In this document: positions 23,026 through 34,670 of the stretch, piece by piece
Layout of the letters: the number at the start of each line of letters is the position of its first letter
Numbering within the stretch: position 1 is the first letter of the stretch
Assembly: GCA_051294905.1 (NCBI GenBank)
Contig: CM119376.1
Location: 372,001-436,000, forward strand
Source: Botryllus schlosseri
Taxonomy: Eukaryota
DNA length: 64,000 bases
Direction: 5' to 3'
Translations under genes and position numbers: made by a program
The notes under the pieces: model-generated
The model's input: only the letters and a program-made list of their open reading frames with translations
Databases searched by the model: none
What the model was told of the DNA's origin: nothing

Positions 23026-23859
23026 TGTGGCAGCCGTGCTCTATACTGCCCCTTACGTCAGTTGTAGTATTATCGCATCGTGCTTTAACTCCCTCTTTAG
23101 CTTCTGGCCGCTTCGGCGGACAGACGTATTATAAAGTCTCTGCAGCAGTTGTTGAATCGTGTGTGATCAACTACAGACGGGGGTCTGTTACAATGGCGAG
23201 CACGCTAAAAGCGTTACTTCATTAATTTGGCTGCAAGTCTGAAGATTTCTGGACAGTAACGGTATGCTGAAAGTTGGCGGAAATTCGAATACGGAATTGG
23301 CTGTCTGAACCGATTAAAGAAGCAGTATTGCATCGATGTGAGAAGTTTGAAGACTTGACTGGTTGCTTCACTTCGTAATAACTGTTTCACTGGCGGAACT
23401 GATGTGAGCGCACGTGGAGGGATGGAGCTTGTGACTCTCCCGGCCCGATGTTATGAAGAGGGGATGGAGCATGTGACTCTCCCGGTGATGTGGCGCGGCG
23501 TTGTTAGGGTTTTAGTTTAGGGAATTGTTCATTAATGTTAGTTTAGGGTTAGTGTTCTGCTAATGTGATACGGTCATGCGGGTGTTTGTGATTTTGTTGA
23601 TGATTTTGGACTTGTCGTTTTGATGTTGCTGTTTTTTATTGTATTTTGTGAGAGTGCTTTTATAGGCACTTCTCAAGTTTGGTGGGGAATAGTGTGGCAG
23701 CTGTGCTCTATACTGCCCCTTACGTCAGCTGTAGTATTATCGCATCGTGCTTTAACTTCCTCTTTAGCTTCTGGCCGCTTCGGCGGACAGACGTATTATC
23801 AAGTCTCTGCAGCAGTTGTTGAATCGTGTGTGATCAACTACAGACGGGGGTCTGTTACA
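23026..23859 (+). mobile_element. TRIM-like miniature LTR retrotransposon (non-coding)
   Basis: 167-bp LTRs at 23026-23192 and 23693-23859 (TGTGGCAG...CTGTTACA, 4 differences); PBS TGGCGAGC at 23194; PPT ggtggggaatag; 4-bp TSD agtg. Confidence 0.85.
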
Positions 23860-26800
23860 AGTGTACGAATTGCTTTTTTATTCCTTGCGCTGAGCAGAAT
23901 TGCGGTTCCCGCTGTGACGTGGTCTTGTGAGTTGCAATGTGACTCTCCCGGCCATTCTTTTGCCCAACTATCTATCCTCTTTTTCTAGTGTAGAGTGCGT
24001 TTCCTGCAGGCCCGTGATATTTGCACCTGTCTTTTTAATAAAGTCATATATTACTTGGCGTTTCCGCCTGTCCCCCATCCCGTTGACGTTAAGCGTCAAG
24101 ATCCTAAATTCCCCATTAGCCATTCCCTATCTATGGTACCTCACTAGTTATCTTTTCTTTTTGCTTTTGGCTTCCTACATATTCGGCACTTCTTGTATAG
24201 CCTTGCCGTCGCTTCGTTAAACAGCGCTCCGCAGCAGTCGGTGATTATACACGCCCTGTTGCATATCCCGCAGCTGATGGAGTGTCCTCGTTTTAGCGCT
24301 TCTCCCGTGATAATTAGGACTTCTTTCTCATCGCAGCATGACTGTATAAATTGATGTTCAATATTACAGATCATACATGTGCATACCTTGGATTCTGCTG
24401 TGTAGGATGTGCTGTGTATGATGTAGGGTGATTCCGAGTTTTCAAGAATTTTAAATTTAATTTTCTTAGCTATTTTCAGTTCCGAGTTGAATTTTCTTGT
24501 TTATGTAGAATATTTCCATATTCTATTCTAGGTACTTAACTAACTATATTCGAGTTTCTATAAAATTCCTATATGTTATGGATTCGAAATTCCGTCTATA
24601 TATATTGGCTTTCCTGGCATTTATGGTGACTGGTCAAATTTGGGTGAAATTCTCCTAACTCTGGTATCGTATTTGGCCGGGTTTTGGGGAGGGAATGGGG
24701 GGGGGTAGAGGGGTCTGGGCGATTGGGTTGGTTGTTTGGGTGGGGTAGGGGAAATTGTTTATTCATCAAAAGTGCGGCTTAATAAAGTGTTATACATCTA
24801 AATCGACGTGCAAAAGTGAAGTGAGGATACAGAATAAATTAATTAACAATTTATACGTCATGAGTAAGTAGAAATATATCCGGTTATGGATTCGTACATC
24901 TCAATATATACGGCATATAGGCTGTATATCGCGTATATAAGTATACAGGTATTGGTTTCGCGTACGTTAATTTGATAGATTAATGTGGTACGTAGGTGTT
25001 TTCAAAAGGCAATGCGAATACAGTAATGATTCATAATTTTGCGTAATGCATATTAATCTATCGCGCGCTTGCGTATCATCGATCGGTCTTTCGCGTTTCT
25101 TCTGAGTCTTCTCCTCTTCTGTCGGCTTTCATGATATCATCAACGGTACGGTATCGCGCAGAGTTGTATTAATGCGGATATTAAACGGGAGAGCTTATGC
25201 TTATTGCATACGCATAATACCTATCGCGCGCCGCATGCGTTACGAGAGTTCGCGTTCTCTTCGTCATTTATCCGGTGTCCCAGGATCGTCGCCTCGTGGG
25301 TTGTAGTTTGGTTCTTATTCGATTGATGTTCTCGTTGACGTCATCGGCATATTCCTTATGAATATCAAGCGCTTGTTTCCATTCCCACATATGTAGTTTC
25401 ATCTGCATGAAGGTGGGGAGTACCGTCGTTCTATGCGGTCCATCGTATTGGTTTTTCATGATCTGCCCTGGTGTCGCGTTGATGTCGGTTCGGAATTCAT
25501 CTTCGAGGTCAGACCTGATGATATAAAACAGTTTTTTGTATATTGTACATTCCTCGAAGATGTGCTGCATATTGTCGGTTTTGTTTTTGCAAAATTTTCA
25601 GTCATTTTTTAGTTGCTGTGCGTTTCGGGTCGTCCAGCCGGCGTCGATCTTTCTCGCCCCTGAAAAATAGTCTTCCGAGTTGATACGATATGATATAACT
25701 CTCTGTCTGTTATTAATGTAGTGTTTTATATCATTTTCGTACAACCATATCGTTTTCCACGCAGCTGCATCCTGGTCGCCATAATTTGTTTTCTTATTGA
25801 GGAGTTGTTGGTAGGTCTCCCGTTGGCTTAGTTCTTCTGGGGGGGGGGGTATCGTCGAGTTGTTGCAGCGATTCATAGGCTCTTTTTTCCTCCAGCCAGT
25901 TCTCGGTTGGTTTGTATCTGTGGGGATATGAATTATTGTAGAGCTTGTGAGTTATTGCTCTCACCTTGGTGCCCAAGTTGTAAATCGCATCCGCATGCCA
26001 GGCCTCGGTTGGTGCGTCGATTTTCGCAAGTTCTTGCATCCTTTTGGTTTTCCTTGATGCAATGGTAGATTCAATATCAAGAAACGCGATGCCTTCATAT
26101 TCGATAGGTTTTATGAGTGTCGCTCTTGATTTTTGCTCCAGTTTTTCAGGGTGCCACAGGATCCCGTAGATGGCCCTTTCCATCTGCTTTAGGTATTCGC
26201 TGGTGACCTGAAGGTTGAGGTATGCATAAGTTATTTTGCTTATAATGTAGGATTTGATTGCTTTGATTTTTCCGATCCATGTAAGTTTCTTTGACTTTAT
26301 AAGGCCCGCACTCTCCTTTATATCCTTGATCAGTGTCTCGTGGTTTTTCTCTAGGTCATTTTCGCCGTGATATTTTCCCAATATCTTTATTGTTTTTGTC
26401 ATCATATTTGCATAAATCGAGTTTTCAAGCATCGTTCTAGATCTCTGGTTGAGGGGAATGATTCCGGTTTTTTGCAAGTTTATATCCTGTCCTGTTACTT
26501 GATAATGGGTGCGATATTCGCTCAGTACTTCTTTGGCGGCGTTAATTGACCCCAAATATAGGGTCACGTCGTCCGCGAATTGGTCAATCTTTTGGGTAAT
26601 GGCCCCGATTTTTAGGCCTTTAATTTTGTCGTTTGCAGCGATTCGTTTTGACAAGGGGTCTGCGCTTATCGCATATAGGGACATGCTGTGTGGGCACCCC
26701 TGCCGAATTCCCCTGGTACAGTTGATTTTACCAATTTCGAGCCCATTTACTTCTATAACGGCGGTCGGTCTATCATAGATCTTTTTGATAGCATTCAGCG

Positions 26801-27206
26801 TTGACCTTGCAAGGGGAAGTCTCTCCAAGATTGATATGAGCATCTCTTGGCTTTTTCGGCGTCTATAGCCATTATATAGGCTTCACTGTTCTTTTCGCTA
26901 TAGTGCCTTTTGATTGAATCAATGTTATTGTGGATGGTATTCATAAACCTTCCAGGTAGTCCGGCCTTTTGGGCTTGGCTAATGTGATCGTTCACCTCGT
27001 TCGTTAGTCTTACATTCAATATTTTGGCCATAATTTTATAATCGGTATTCAAGATCGAAAGGGGTCGCCAATTCTCAATTTTAGATTTTTCTTTTTCTTT
27101 ATGAATTAGGATGGTTTTCGCTGAATTCCAGCTTTCCGGCATATGGCCAAACATTATGGCGTTGTTAATAAGGAGTGTAAGCGTCCTACCGATTTGTTTC
27201 CAGAAA

Positions 27207-28550
27207 TTAACATAGAATTCGAACGTGAGGCCGTCTCTTCCTGGTTTTTTTTTCCTTCTTCACACTCTTGAGGGTTTGTAGCACCTCTTCTTGGTCAATC
27301 GGACTCGTTGTTGTTGTTGTTTGGTCTGGGCTTGCCGTCGCGTAGTATTCTGCGAGGTAATCGGCTTGATTGGCTTGATTGCCTTGCGCGCCTCTCGTCC
27401 ATAGTTCTGTATAGAAGGTTTTGATTCTGTTAGCTATATCGTCCTTGCTTTCGCTTACCGTCCCGTCTGGCATTTGTAGTTTTTTTTTTATCTCAACTCT
27501 TTTCTTCCTCTTTTTGAACTGATCCCAGAATTGACTCGTCGTATGCTGTTCTCCCTCAAAATCATCAAGTTTTGTTAGTACTCTTAACTTTCCTTTAATT
27601 TGTTCGTACTTGAAGTGAGGGTCTGGGTTTTGGGCTCTCTTGATTTGATAGCTTTTGCTTGTTTTGGCTATTCTTTTCTTGAGAGCATCCCACCACTCGG
27701 CAGGGGATTCATAGTTCTCAAGGTTTGGCTCCTCACTGCGTATGACATTTGTTATTATATCCCTGTATATCGGGTCCTTAAGAATGTCATTGTTGCATTT
27801 CCAGTTGCCTCTATTCCATCTTATTTCTTTTTCGAATGTAAGTGTCACTGTTGGACTTAGATGGTCTGCCACATTGTTATTTTCGATTTTAGCTTGCTTT
27901 ATTTGGTCTAGTATCTCTTTTGTTACATATATTCGGTCAATTCTGGATTTTCCGTGATTGCTCTTAAAAGTATACATCTTTGCTTTTGGATGTTTACATC
28001 GGTACGTATCTATTAGCTCAACGTCATTTTGTATCTTACTGAAGAGCTTAATGTCTCTTCGTGATTCGATTCTCTCTTTCGAGTCGGTGTCCATCGGGTC
28101 AGTTACGAAGTTGAAATCTCCGCCTAATATTATTGGAATGTCCGTGTTATCTAATTCCGATGCTATTTGGTTCAGAAACCGAATTCTTTCATTTCTTACT
28201 TGATTCGCACTCCCAGAGGGGCCATAAATGTTAAAAACCGCTATTGGGCATTGTTCAATTTGTATATAAATACATTGGGCACGGTAATCTTGGATAACGA
28301 AGTCCCGTAGGACCTTACCTTGTATCTGGTTTTTTATCATTATTGCCGTGCCGTCGTATCTTCTACGGTCGTTGGCGGCGTTCGGGTAGATAATAAATCC
28401 AATCCGTTTGCTCCATTCATATATTGCTTTTAGATCCAGTTTAGGCACTTCTTGTATTAGTAATATATCCATATTGGAGGCATAAATATATTGTTCGAGT
28501 TCGCCCAATTTTCGCAATAACCCGTTTACGTTGATTGATGCGATTTTCAT
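27207..28550 (-). CDS. E5 ORF2 apurinic-like endonuclease and linker (447-aa uninterrupted piece)
   Basis: INVNG, QE, NIYGP, GGDFN, SRIDRIY, ADH, RGNWKCNN motifs. Confidence 0.85.
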   Translation of the reverse strand: MKIASINVNGLLRKLGELEQYIYASNMDILLIQEVPKLDLKAIYEWSKRIGFIIYPNAANDRRRYDGTAIMIKNQIQGKVLRDFVIQDYRAQCIYIQIEQCPIAVFNIYGPSGSANQVRNERIRFLNQIASELDNTDIPIILGGDFNFVTDPMDTDSKERIESRRDIKLFSKIQNDVELIDTYRCKHPKAKMYTFKSNHGKSRIDRIYVTKEILDQIKQAKIENNNVADHLSPTVTLTFEKEIRWNRGNWKCNNDILKDPIYRDIITNVIRSEEPNLENYESPAEWWDALKKRIAKTSKSYQIKRAQNPDPHFKYEQIKGKLRVLTKLDDFEGEQHTTSQFWDQFKKRKKRVEIKKKLQMPDGTVSESKDDIANRIKTFYTELWTRGAQGNQANQADYLAEYYATASPDQTTTTTSPIDQEEVLQTLKSVKKEKKTRKRRPHVRILC

Positions 28551-29942
28551 CTACTTATGGCTACAGTCGATACCGAAGCATCGCTATCAGGCTACAGTCG
28601 ATACCGAAGCATCGCTATCAGAGTCTGTTGATTTGTCGTTTTTCTGTTTCTTTCGGATATCGTTTCCGTGCTGCTGTTGCTATCTCTTTGTCTCTTGTTC
28701 GGTTCGTAAGTAAGTGAGTCTGGTTCTATTATAGTTTCATTATGCTGGTCGAACGGTTCGTGTTCCGGGTCTGAGTTCGAATGTGGGCCAGATGTCCCTT
28801 GCCTGTCTTCAAGGGGTGGCGAGGCTAGCGAGTCTTCAGCAATTTTAATCTGGTCAGCTGCCCTTTTGATTTTCTTCTCCTGCCAGCAGTTTAACTTTCC
28901 TGCTTTTTGGCAGTGTTTGCGGTTTCCCCGATGTTTTGGGTAGTTTATCTGCTTTGGGTTATGCCTTGCTTTCGCGGTTGCGTAGCACTGTGATGTTTTC
29001 GTACCAACCGGTAAGTACCTCGGAGTTATGCTTATTTCTGTCGGGGCTTGGTAGCTGCTGTAGGCGTAGACTGCTCGTGACTGACAGTCTATTTCGATGG
29101 GATTGGGTTGATTGCGGCGTTGGTGGTGGCTGCCGGTCTGCTTCTGGCTCTGGTTTTTCACTTGTTCGGCACGCTCGTTTTGTTTCGGGCAGTTTCTTGC
29201 AACGTGTTTTTCGTCGTTGCAAAGATAGCATTTTCGTCTATATATGTCGTCCGCCGTACGTATTTGGCACGAATAGCCATCAATGTATACGTATCCCGGC
29301 ATTTTTCCTTCACGAAGGCCTCGACCCAAATGTTAGTTCTTCCGTTGTATATTCTAGTGTTTTTGCGGTACACTCTTGTCATTGCCACTACTTTTCCAAA
29401 GCCTTGGCTATCGATATCTCTTGCAATCGATTGTTGCTCCGTTTCTGTTGGAATACCGGTTGCAATTAGGTGTGTTGCTGGCGGTCTTGGTAGTTCGAGG
29501 CGGATATATTTGAAACTGTGCCCCTCAAGGCTCTGTTTTTGGATTTTGTTGTAGAGCGCATTTCTGGTTTGTGCGCCTTGTGCGTCCTTGAAGAAGGATA
29601 GGACGTACATCCCTCGTCGCATCTCCCATAGGGATTCTATCTTGTTTATGATATACTGTTTGGCGATCTCGTTGTCACATAGGTCTGCCCATACCTCTTC
29701 ATATTCGATATTTTCTGGGACCTTGAGAAACAGGGATCTCGGTCTGTGATGCTGAATAGGTGGTCTCGGGGTAGTTCTTTTCAGAGCTGTTGCGTATCCT
29801 GGTTCAGCGTTTGTATCCATATTTTGTTCCGTTTGCGTATATCCAACATGCGGGCGACGCCCGGTTAAATTCATATTTTGCTCGCTTTGCATATATCCAA
29901 CAGGTGGGCGACGCCCAAGTTCTGGCTGCTCTGAGTCTAACT

Positions 29943-31944
29943 CAGTGATTCTCAAGCGCGGCCCCCAGATAGCCTTCTTGCGGCCCCCGCGCCCCCAAAG
30001 TATATCAAGAAATCGATTTATGACAAAAATAAAATTTATATTTATAAAATACTCTTGCTTGGCTTGACCTCTGTGGTTTTTAATTATAGAATTGCAGGAA
30101 AGTTGTGAGTATGGACTGCTAACGTTATGTCACTGCTATTTCAATGCAATGTGCCCTAACTTTCCACTTGAACGAGAAGTAGCTATAGATATAAATCCAA
30201 GGAAAATCTCTCCCTCGTGGTCGCTTGACTAAAAAAGAAAAAGAGGCACAACTCCCGGAAAATACAGTTTTTCTTTCACATTAACAGGTGGTTGTCTGAA
30301 AAAATAAACTTCCCGGTCTAGCTCCGAAATAGCCGCCGTAGCGCTCCTACAGTGCTGACTTAATGTATATCAGTCGAATTTGGCCCTATATGTAACCAAA
30401 ATCATCAAAAAATGAGACAAAATCTCAAAATATAATACATTTGGGCGTCCTCCGAGGACACTTTTATAAAAATCAAAAAAGAGGACAAATCATCTTAAAA
30501 GAGGACGTATGGTAACCCTATTATAACTAGATGTGCAACACGTGACTCACGGTTGAATACGCCGCCGAGATGCATACTGTTTAGTCGGCTGAAAGCAGCA
30601 TAATTGGTAGTCCTATATTCAGGGCCGTAACTGCCGCACCCCAAACGCCCCAATTGAGGGGGGCCGAGATCGAAGGGGGCCCAAAATTATTTCGTGAATT
30701 AGCATAAATTTTAGCAAGTATTTTTTGAAAATTTGTGCAACTTCTTCAAAAATTTTTCGCGCTATGCTCGATTTCAATTCGCCGCATATCTTGATTATTG
30801 GGTACTCTTCCCCAAGAAAAAATACGCAAGATTTATAGAAATGGGCATATCAGCGTTGGCCATGACCGCACCACAACGCACCATGACATATAAAGTTTTA
30901 GGCCATGTAACATGTGACTCCAAGAAGTGTGTCAGAACGATCGGCAGCGAGAAAGCCTTGGCCGTAAACGACTGCTTTTATGCTGACCAAAAATTCCGAA
31001 ATACCAAAAACTTCGTTATATATACCAAATACATTTAGGTTTATTTGTTCATATAGCCGCCTAATGACTGGCGCCGAATGTTCTTGTCTTGGCAATCTGA
31101 ACCTCACAAGACAAATACCATCCCGCAGGAAAGAAAATTATATGCCAGTGAAGAAATACCAATCTGAAATCGTGTGATCTTCCAGTTTAGTAGGTTTGGG
31201 CAATTCTACATTTTTTGATATAGCAGACAGGATGTCACAAAATAACATCGCCATGTGAAGAAGTCAGACCTAGGGGTTTGCCCGCCCGAAGGTCTGCAGT
31301 TTCAAAGACACCTCTCACTCAGCTCTACCGGTAAATCGGATTACGTGGGCAAAGAGGACAACCATGCAATTCCCGATCTTATCATGAATTATCGAAATAT
31401 TCGCGCGTAGCGCTGTCTCAATAAACAGTACAACTTTAATTTCGTGGCAAAAGCGAACAACGTCATGCGAGGTCAGTTTATCACCCTATGGGAGCCCGGG
31501 GTCCTGACGAAGTGCCGTTACGTTCCTGCCAACGGGTATACCCTCGGATATGTTTAATTCCTATTGAGGGGGCCTATACCTTTACAAACACACCTCACTC
31601 AGCTCTACCGGTAAATCAGATTACGCGAACAGAGACAAGATGAAAATTGATAGCAATACATGCAATTCCCGATCATATTGACCAATTCAGTCATGAAACT
31701 AAAGAAATTTCTCGCGCTTTGCGCGTTTAGACGAGAAAAGCTGATTCACTCAACGGACACCCAATGCAGCAGATAAGTAGCGGTAAACAGTGTACAGTTT
31801 TGAAATCTCGCCACGGCAATAAAACTACTCAGAAATAGCCATGACTGTTTGGGTCCGTTTCATAGCCGTAGTTTTCGTGCGGCCCCGACCGTACTCTGAA
31901 ATTCTAAATTTGGCCCTCACACCGAAAAAGTTTGGGAACCACTG
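29943..31944. mobile_element. Composite non-autonomous hAT (Charlie-like) element with nested MITE pieces
   Basis: TIR CAGTGATTCTCAA/TTGGGAACCACTG; 8-bp TSD gtctaact; E5 ORF1 frame continuous across it; internal block shared with 49378-51063. Confidence 0.85.
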
Positions 31945-31984
31945 GTCTAACTGATTCAGTTCGCGCGCATTTCGAGAGAAACCA

Positions 31985-32090
31985 TTTACCGCCATTTCCC
32001 CGTCCAGACATTTTGATAATTACAGTTAATTGTTTTATTCCCTGCAACGAATGGTTTTCGCTAGTCTTTACGGCAGAATTATTTTGAAAC
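31985..32090 (-). pseudogene. H4: Histone H4 gene 5' remnant (promoter/cap region, 5' UTR, Met to K8) fused to the 5' end of E5
   Basis: ATG TCT GGA CGG GGA AAT GGC GGT AAA = MSGRGNGGK (H4 is MSGRGKGGK) at 32011-31985; CCATTCG, matching the PyCATTCPu histone cap-site consensus, at 32054-32048, about 43 nt upstream of the ATG. Confidence 0.72.
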
Positions 32091-32095
32091 AGAAA

Positions 32096-32106
32096 TTTCC
32101 CAGGCC
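32096..32106 (-). other. H4: Histone H4 coding remnant, codons G9-K12, directly after the E6 poly(A) tail
   Basis: Minus strand AAAAAAAA GGC CTG GGA AA = (K) G L G K; short, so supported mainly by agreement with the other two junctions. Confidence 0.6.
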
Positions 32107-34670
32107 TTTTTTTTAATCGTGGTTGGCCTCAGTCAACCATGGTTTATTTTTTTTATCGTGGTTGGCCTCAGTCAACCATAGTTTATTCAAAATATAATCT
32201 CAATACAAGTTATTTAAAAATTGCGTGAAAAAAGCACAAACACAAATACACAAAATCATCATTCTTGCCGGATTTCCATCGCCATGTTCGTCATCATCGT
32301 TCAACTCGTCTCGTTCGTCACCATCCATCGTCGTCAATTTGTCATCGTGTGTCCGTCGTCATCAGTAGTCCAGGTATTTTCTTCTTCGACCTTTTCAATC
32401 AAGTCGATTCTGTCGTCGTATTTCTTGAGAATTTCTTTTACAATCTTTTCCGTCCAGTGTTGTCGGTTAATCATTGAGACGTTTTCGATATCCCATTTTT
32501 GTTTTGTTCTCAGGATCGCTTTCTTAAATATCATGATAAGTATTATTTCGTTCTTATTTTTTTCTTTTGACTGTAATGACTGTAAAACAGTTCTTCTCCT
32601 CTCGGTAATTTTATACCCTTCTCTCTTTCCATCTTGCATAGGACTTCTTGCGAGAAGGGACATTTTGTGAAGACGTGTTCTATATCGTCTTCATCTTTCC
32701 CGCAAAACTTGCAAGACGTTATATCATTTCTTTTCCATAGATTTCTTCTTTTTTCTTTGCCGAATATATATCCTTTGTTATTTAGTCTGTAATTAATTAT
32801 CTTCTCTTTGTTGGTAAGTATGTTATTACGTCCTCTCTCCTCTCCTTGTAATACCTTCCACTTCTTCGTTTGACCGAATGGTGATTTTTTTCTCCACACT
32901 TTCTGTACATCTCATGTACAGGTTTTTGAAAGTGGCGGCCATCCATTGTTCGGTTGACCATCTTATTTTCTTCGTGTCTTCAACTATTCTTCACCATTCT
33001 TGATCTGGACTATCATTATGCGGCATGCTGTTTGCGTACAGTCCCGCTTTGATGGCTTTAATTTTGGTTCCTAATTGATATAAGGCTTCTTGATGCCAGA
33101 ATTCGCATGTGTTTTCTAATTCCGACAGGGCCTTGATTTTTATCAATTGGCACGTGTATACAATCGATTTTGAGAATGGCATGGCCAGTCCCCCTTCGTG
33201 TTTCCTCTTTATAAGGAGATTCCTAGCTATTAATTCCATCTTTTCTGGATAATACATTAACTGGAAGAAACTCCTCTCTATTTTTTTAATGTTTTCATTG
33301 TTAGGTCTATGCACTGGATAATACATGAACTGGAAGAAACTCCTCTCTATTTTTTTAATGTTTTCATTGTTAGGTCTATGCACTCTAGCAGTGTAGAGTA
33401 TCTGAGACGTTGCAAGGCTTTTCAGGATTTGTATTTTTCCTATCCAAGTCAGCCGTCTTGTTTTGTACATATTTAATATTTTATCGATCTTATCTATTCT
33501 TTCTTTCCATGACTCTTCGTTTTCATCTTTCCCAAACCTATATCCCAATATCTTTATACTATTTTTTGTGAAATTCTCGAATACTGAGTTTTTGAGCTCA
33601 ATTCCTGCCGCTCTTGTTAGTGGCAGTAGTTGAGTTTTTTCTTCGTTAATGCTTTGTCCCGTTGCTTTCTCAAAATCTTTCAAGTGTTTCATAATTTTAG
33701 TGAGTTTTTCGATTGCGTGAACGTCGTTAAATCGTCCTCGTATTGCTGGATTTTTAAAACTTGTTGGCCTAATCTAATTCCTCTAATTTCTTCGTCTTTT
33801 ATTATTTTCTTTGCTAATGGTTCGGTTGCCATTGCATAGAGCATCATGGGGCAGCCTTGCTTAATGCCTCTTTATTTTCACCGAGTTAGTTTTTGCTCCG
33901 TTGATTTGGATTCGACTTCTAGCGTTATTATATGTATGTTTGATATAATTGTAGAAGTTTTCTCCCAAATCCCAGGATTTTATTAGCGATAATGGGTAGT
34001 CATGATTGACTCTATCAAACGCTTTCTCCTGGTCTACGCTGCCTATCACTGCCGGTATCTCCTTCTTTCTGGAATAATCTATTGCAGATTTTAGATTAAT
34101 TGCCGCATCAAAAATGCTTCTCTTGTCGATGCTACATTTTTTAGTGTTATCTATGATATCCGGTAGTATGCTTTTCATTCTACTGGTTAGTATTTTAGAT
34201 AATATTTTGTAATCCGTATTTAATAGTGTTATCGGTCGGTAATTTTTATGTGCCTAGGATTTCCTTTCTTGTAAATTAGCTTTACTAATCCCTCTTCCAT
34301 GTTTTGCAGGTCGAATTGAAGCTGTATGCGTTGTTCATTACTTCGGTAACTTCTTTTCTTATCATGTTCCAATATGTTTTCTAGAATTCAATGGAGATCC
34401 CGTCGGTACCAGGGGATCCATTATTTTTCATCGATTTAATCACGAGCAGAATTTCATCTTCGTTATCGTGTAGTTCAGATGTGCTCGTTTTTCTTCGCTA
34501 ATTTCTATACCTTCAATTTCATTTTTGAAGGTTTCTTGTATTCTTATATCAATATTGGAGGTTTTCTCCCACAACTCATTGTAGAATTCTTCAACCTCAT
34601 CAATTATTTCTTTTTTCTCGATTAGTAGCTCTCCGTTTATATTTGTTGTTGTTGGCCTTTCCTCGAGGTA
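32107..34670 (-). mobile_element. Tx1 element E6 (intact 3' tail to linker; 5' part missing)
   Basis: Poly(A) at 32107-32114 with duplicated tail; CKFC...EHVFTKC C-terminus; RLTWIGK; QQYEDD; DQEKAFD. Confidence 0.85.

Larger units (their letters stand above)
16961..24440 (-). mobile_element. Tx1 element E4 (ORF2 with frameshifts plus ORF1 C-terminus), interrupted by two LTR elements
   Basis: RT 17878-18720 (NYRPITLLN, DFRKAYD, IKQGDPIS, SYADD); APE start MANGEFRILTLNVNG at 24123; APE frame continuous across both LTR insertions. Confidence 0.85.
24440..31984 (-). mobile_element. Tx1 element E5, nearly full length
   Basis: ORF2 pieces 25268-28550 (APE MKIASINVNG...GGDFN...RIDR...DH; RT NWRPLSIL, IRQGCP, DQFADD); ORF1 28592-29942 with knuckle CYLCNDEKHVARNC; ORF1 start resumes at 31945-31984 beyond a hAT insertion. 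Confidence 0.88.

Noticed and set aside
23500-23555. TTAGGG-like words in the TRIM interior
   Set aside because: Scattered and not tandem; no evidence of telomeric sequence.
31504-31560. CTGACGA hammerhead-core-like motif (also at 50594)
   Set aside because: No GAAA strand or stem II/III pairing can be built downstream.
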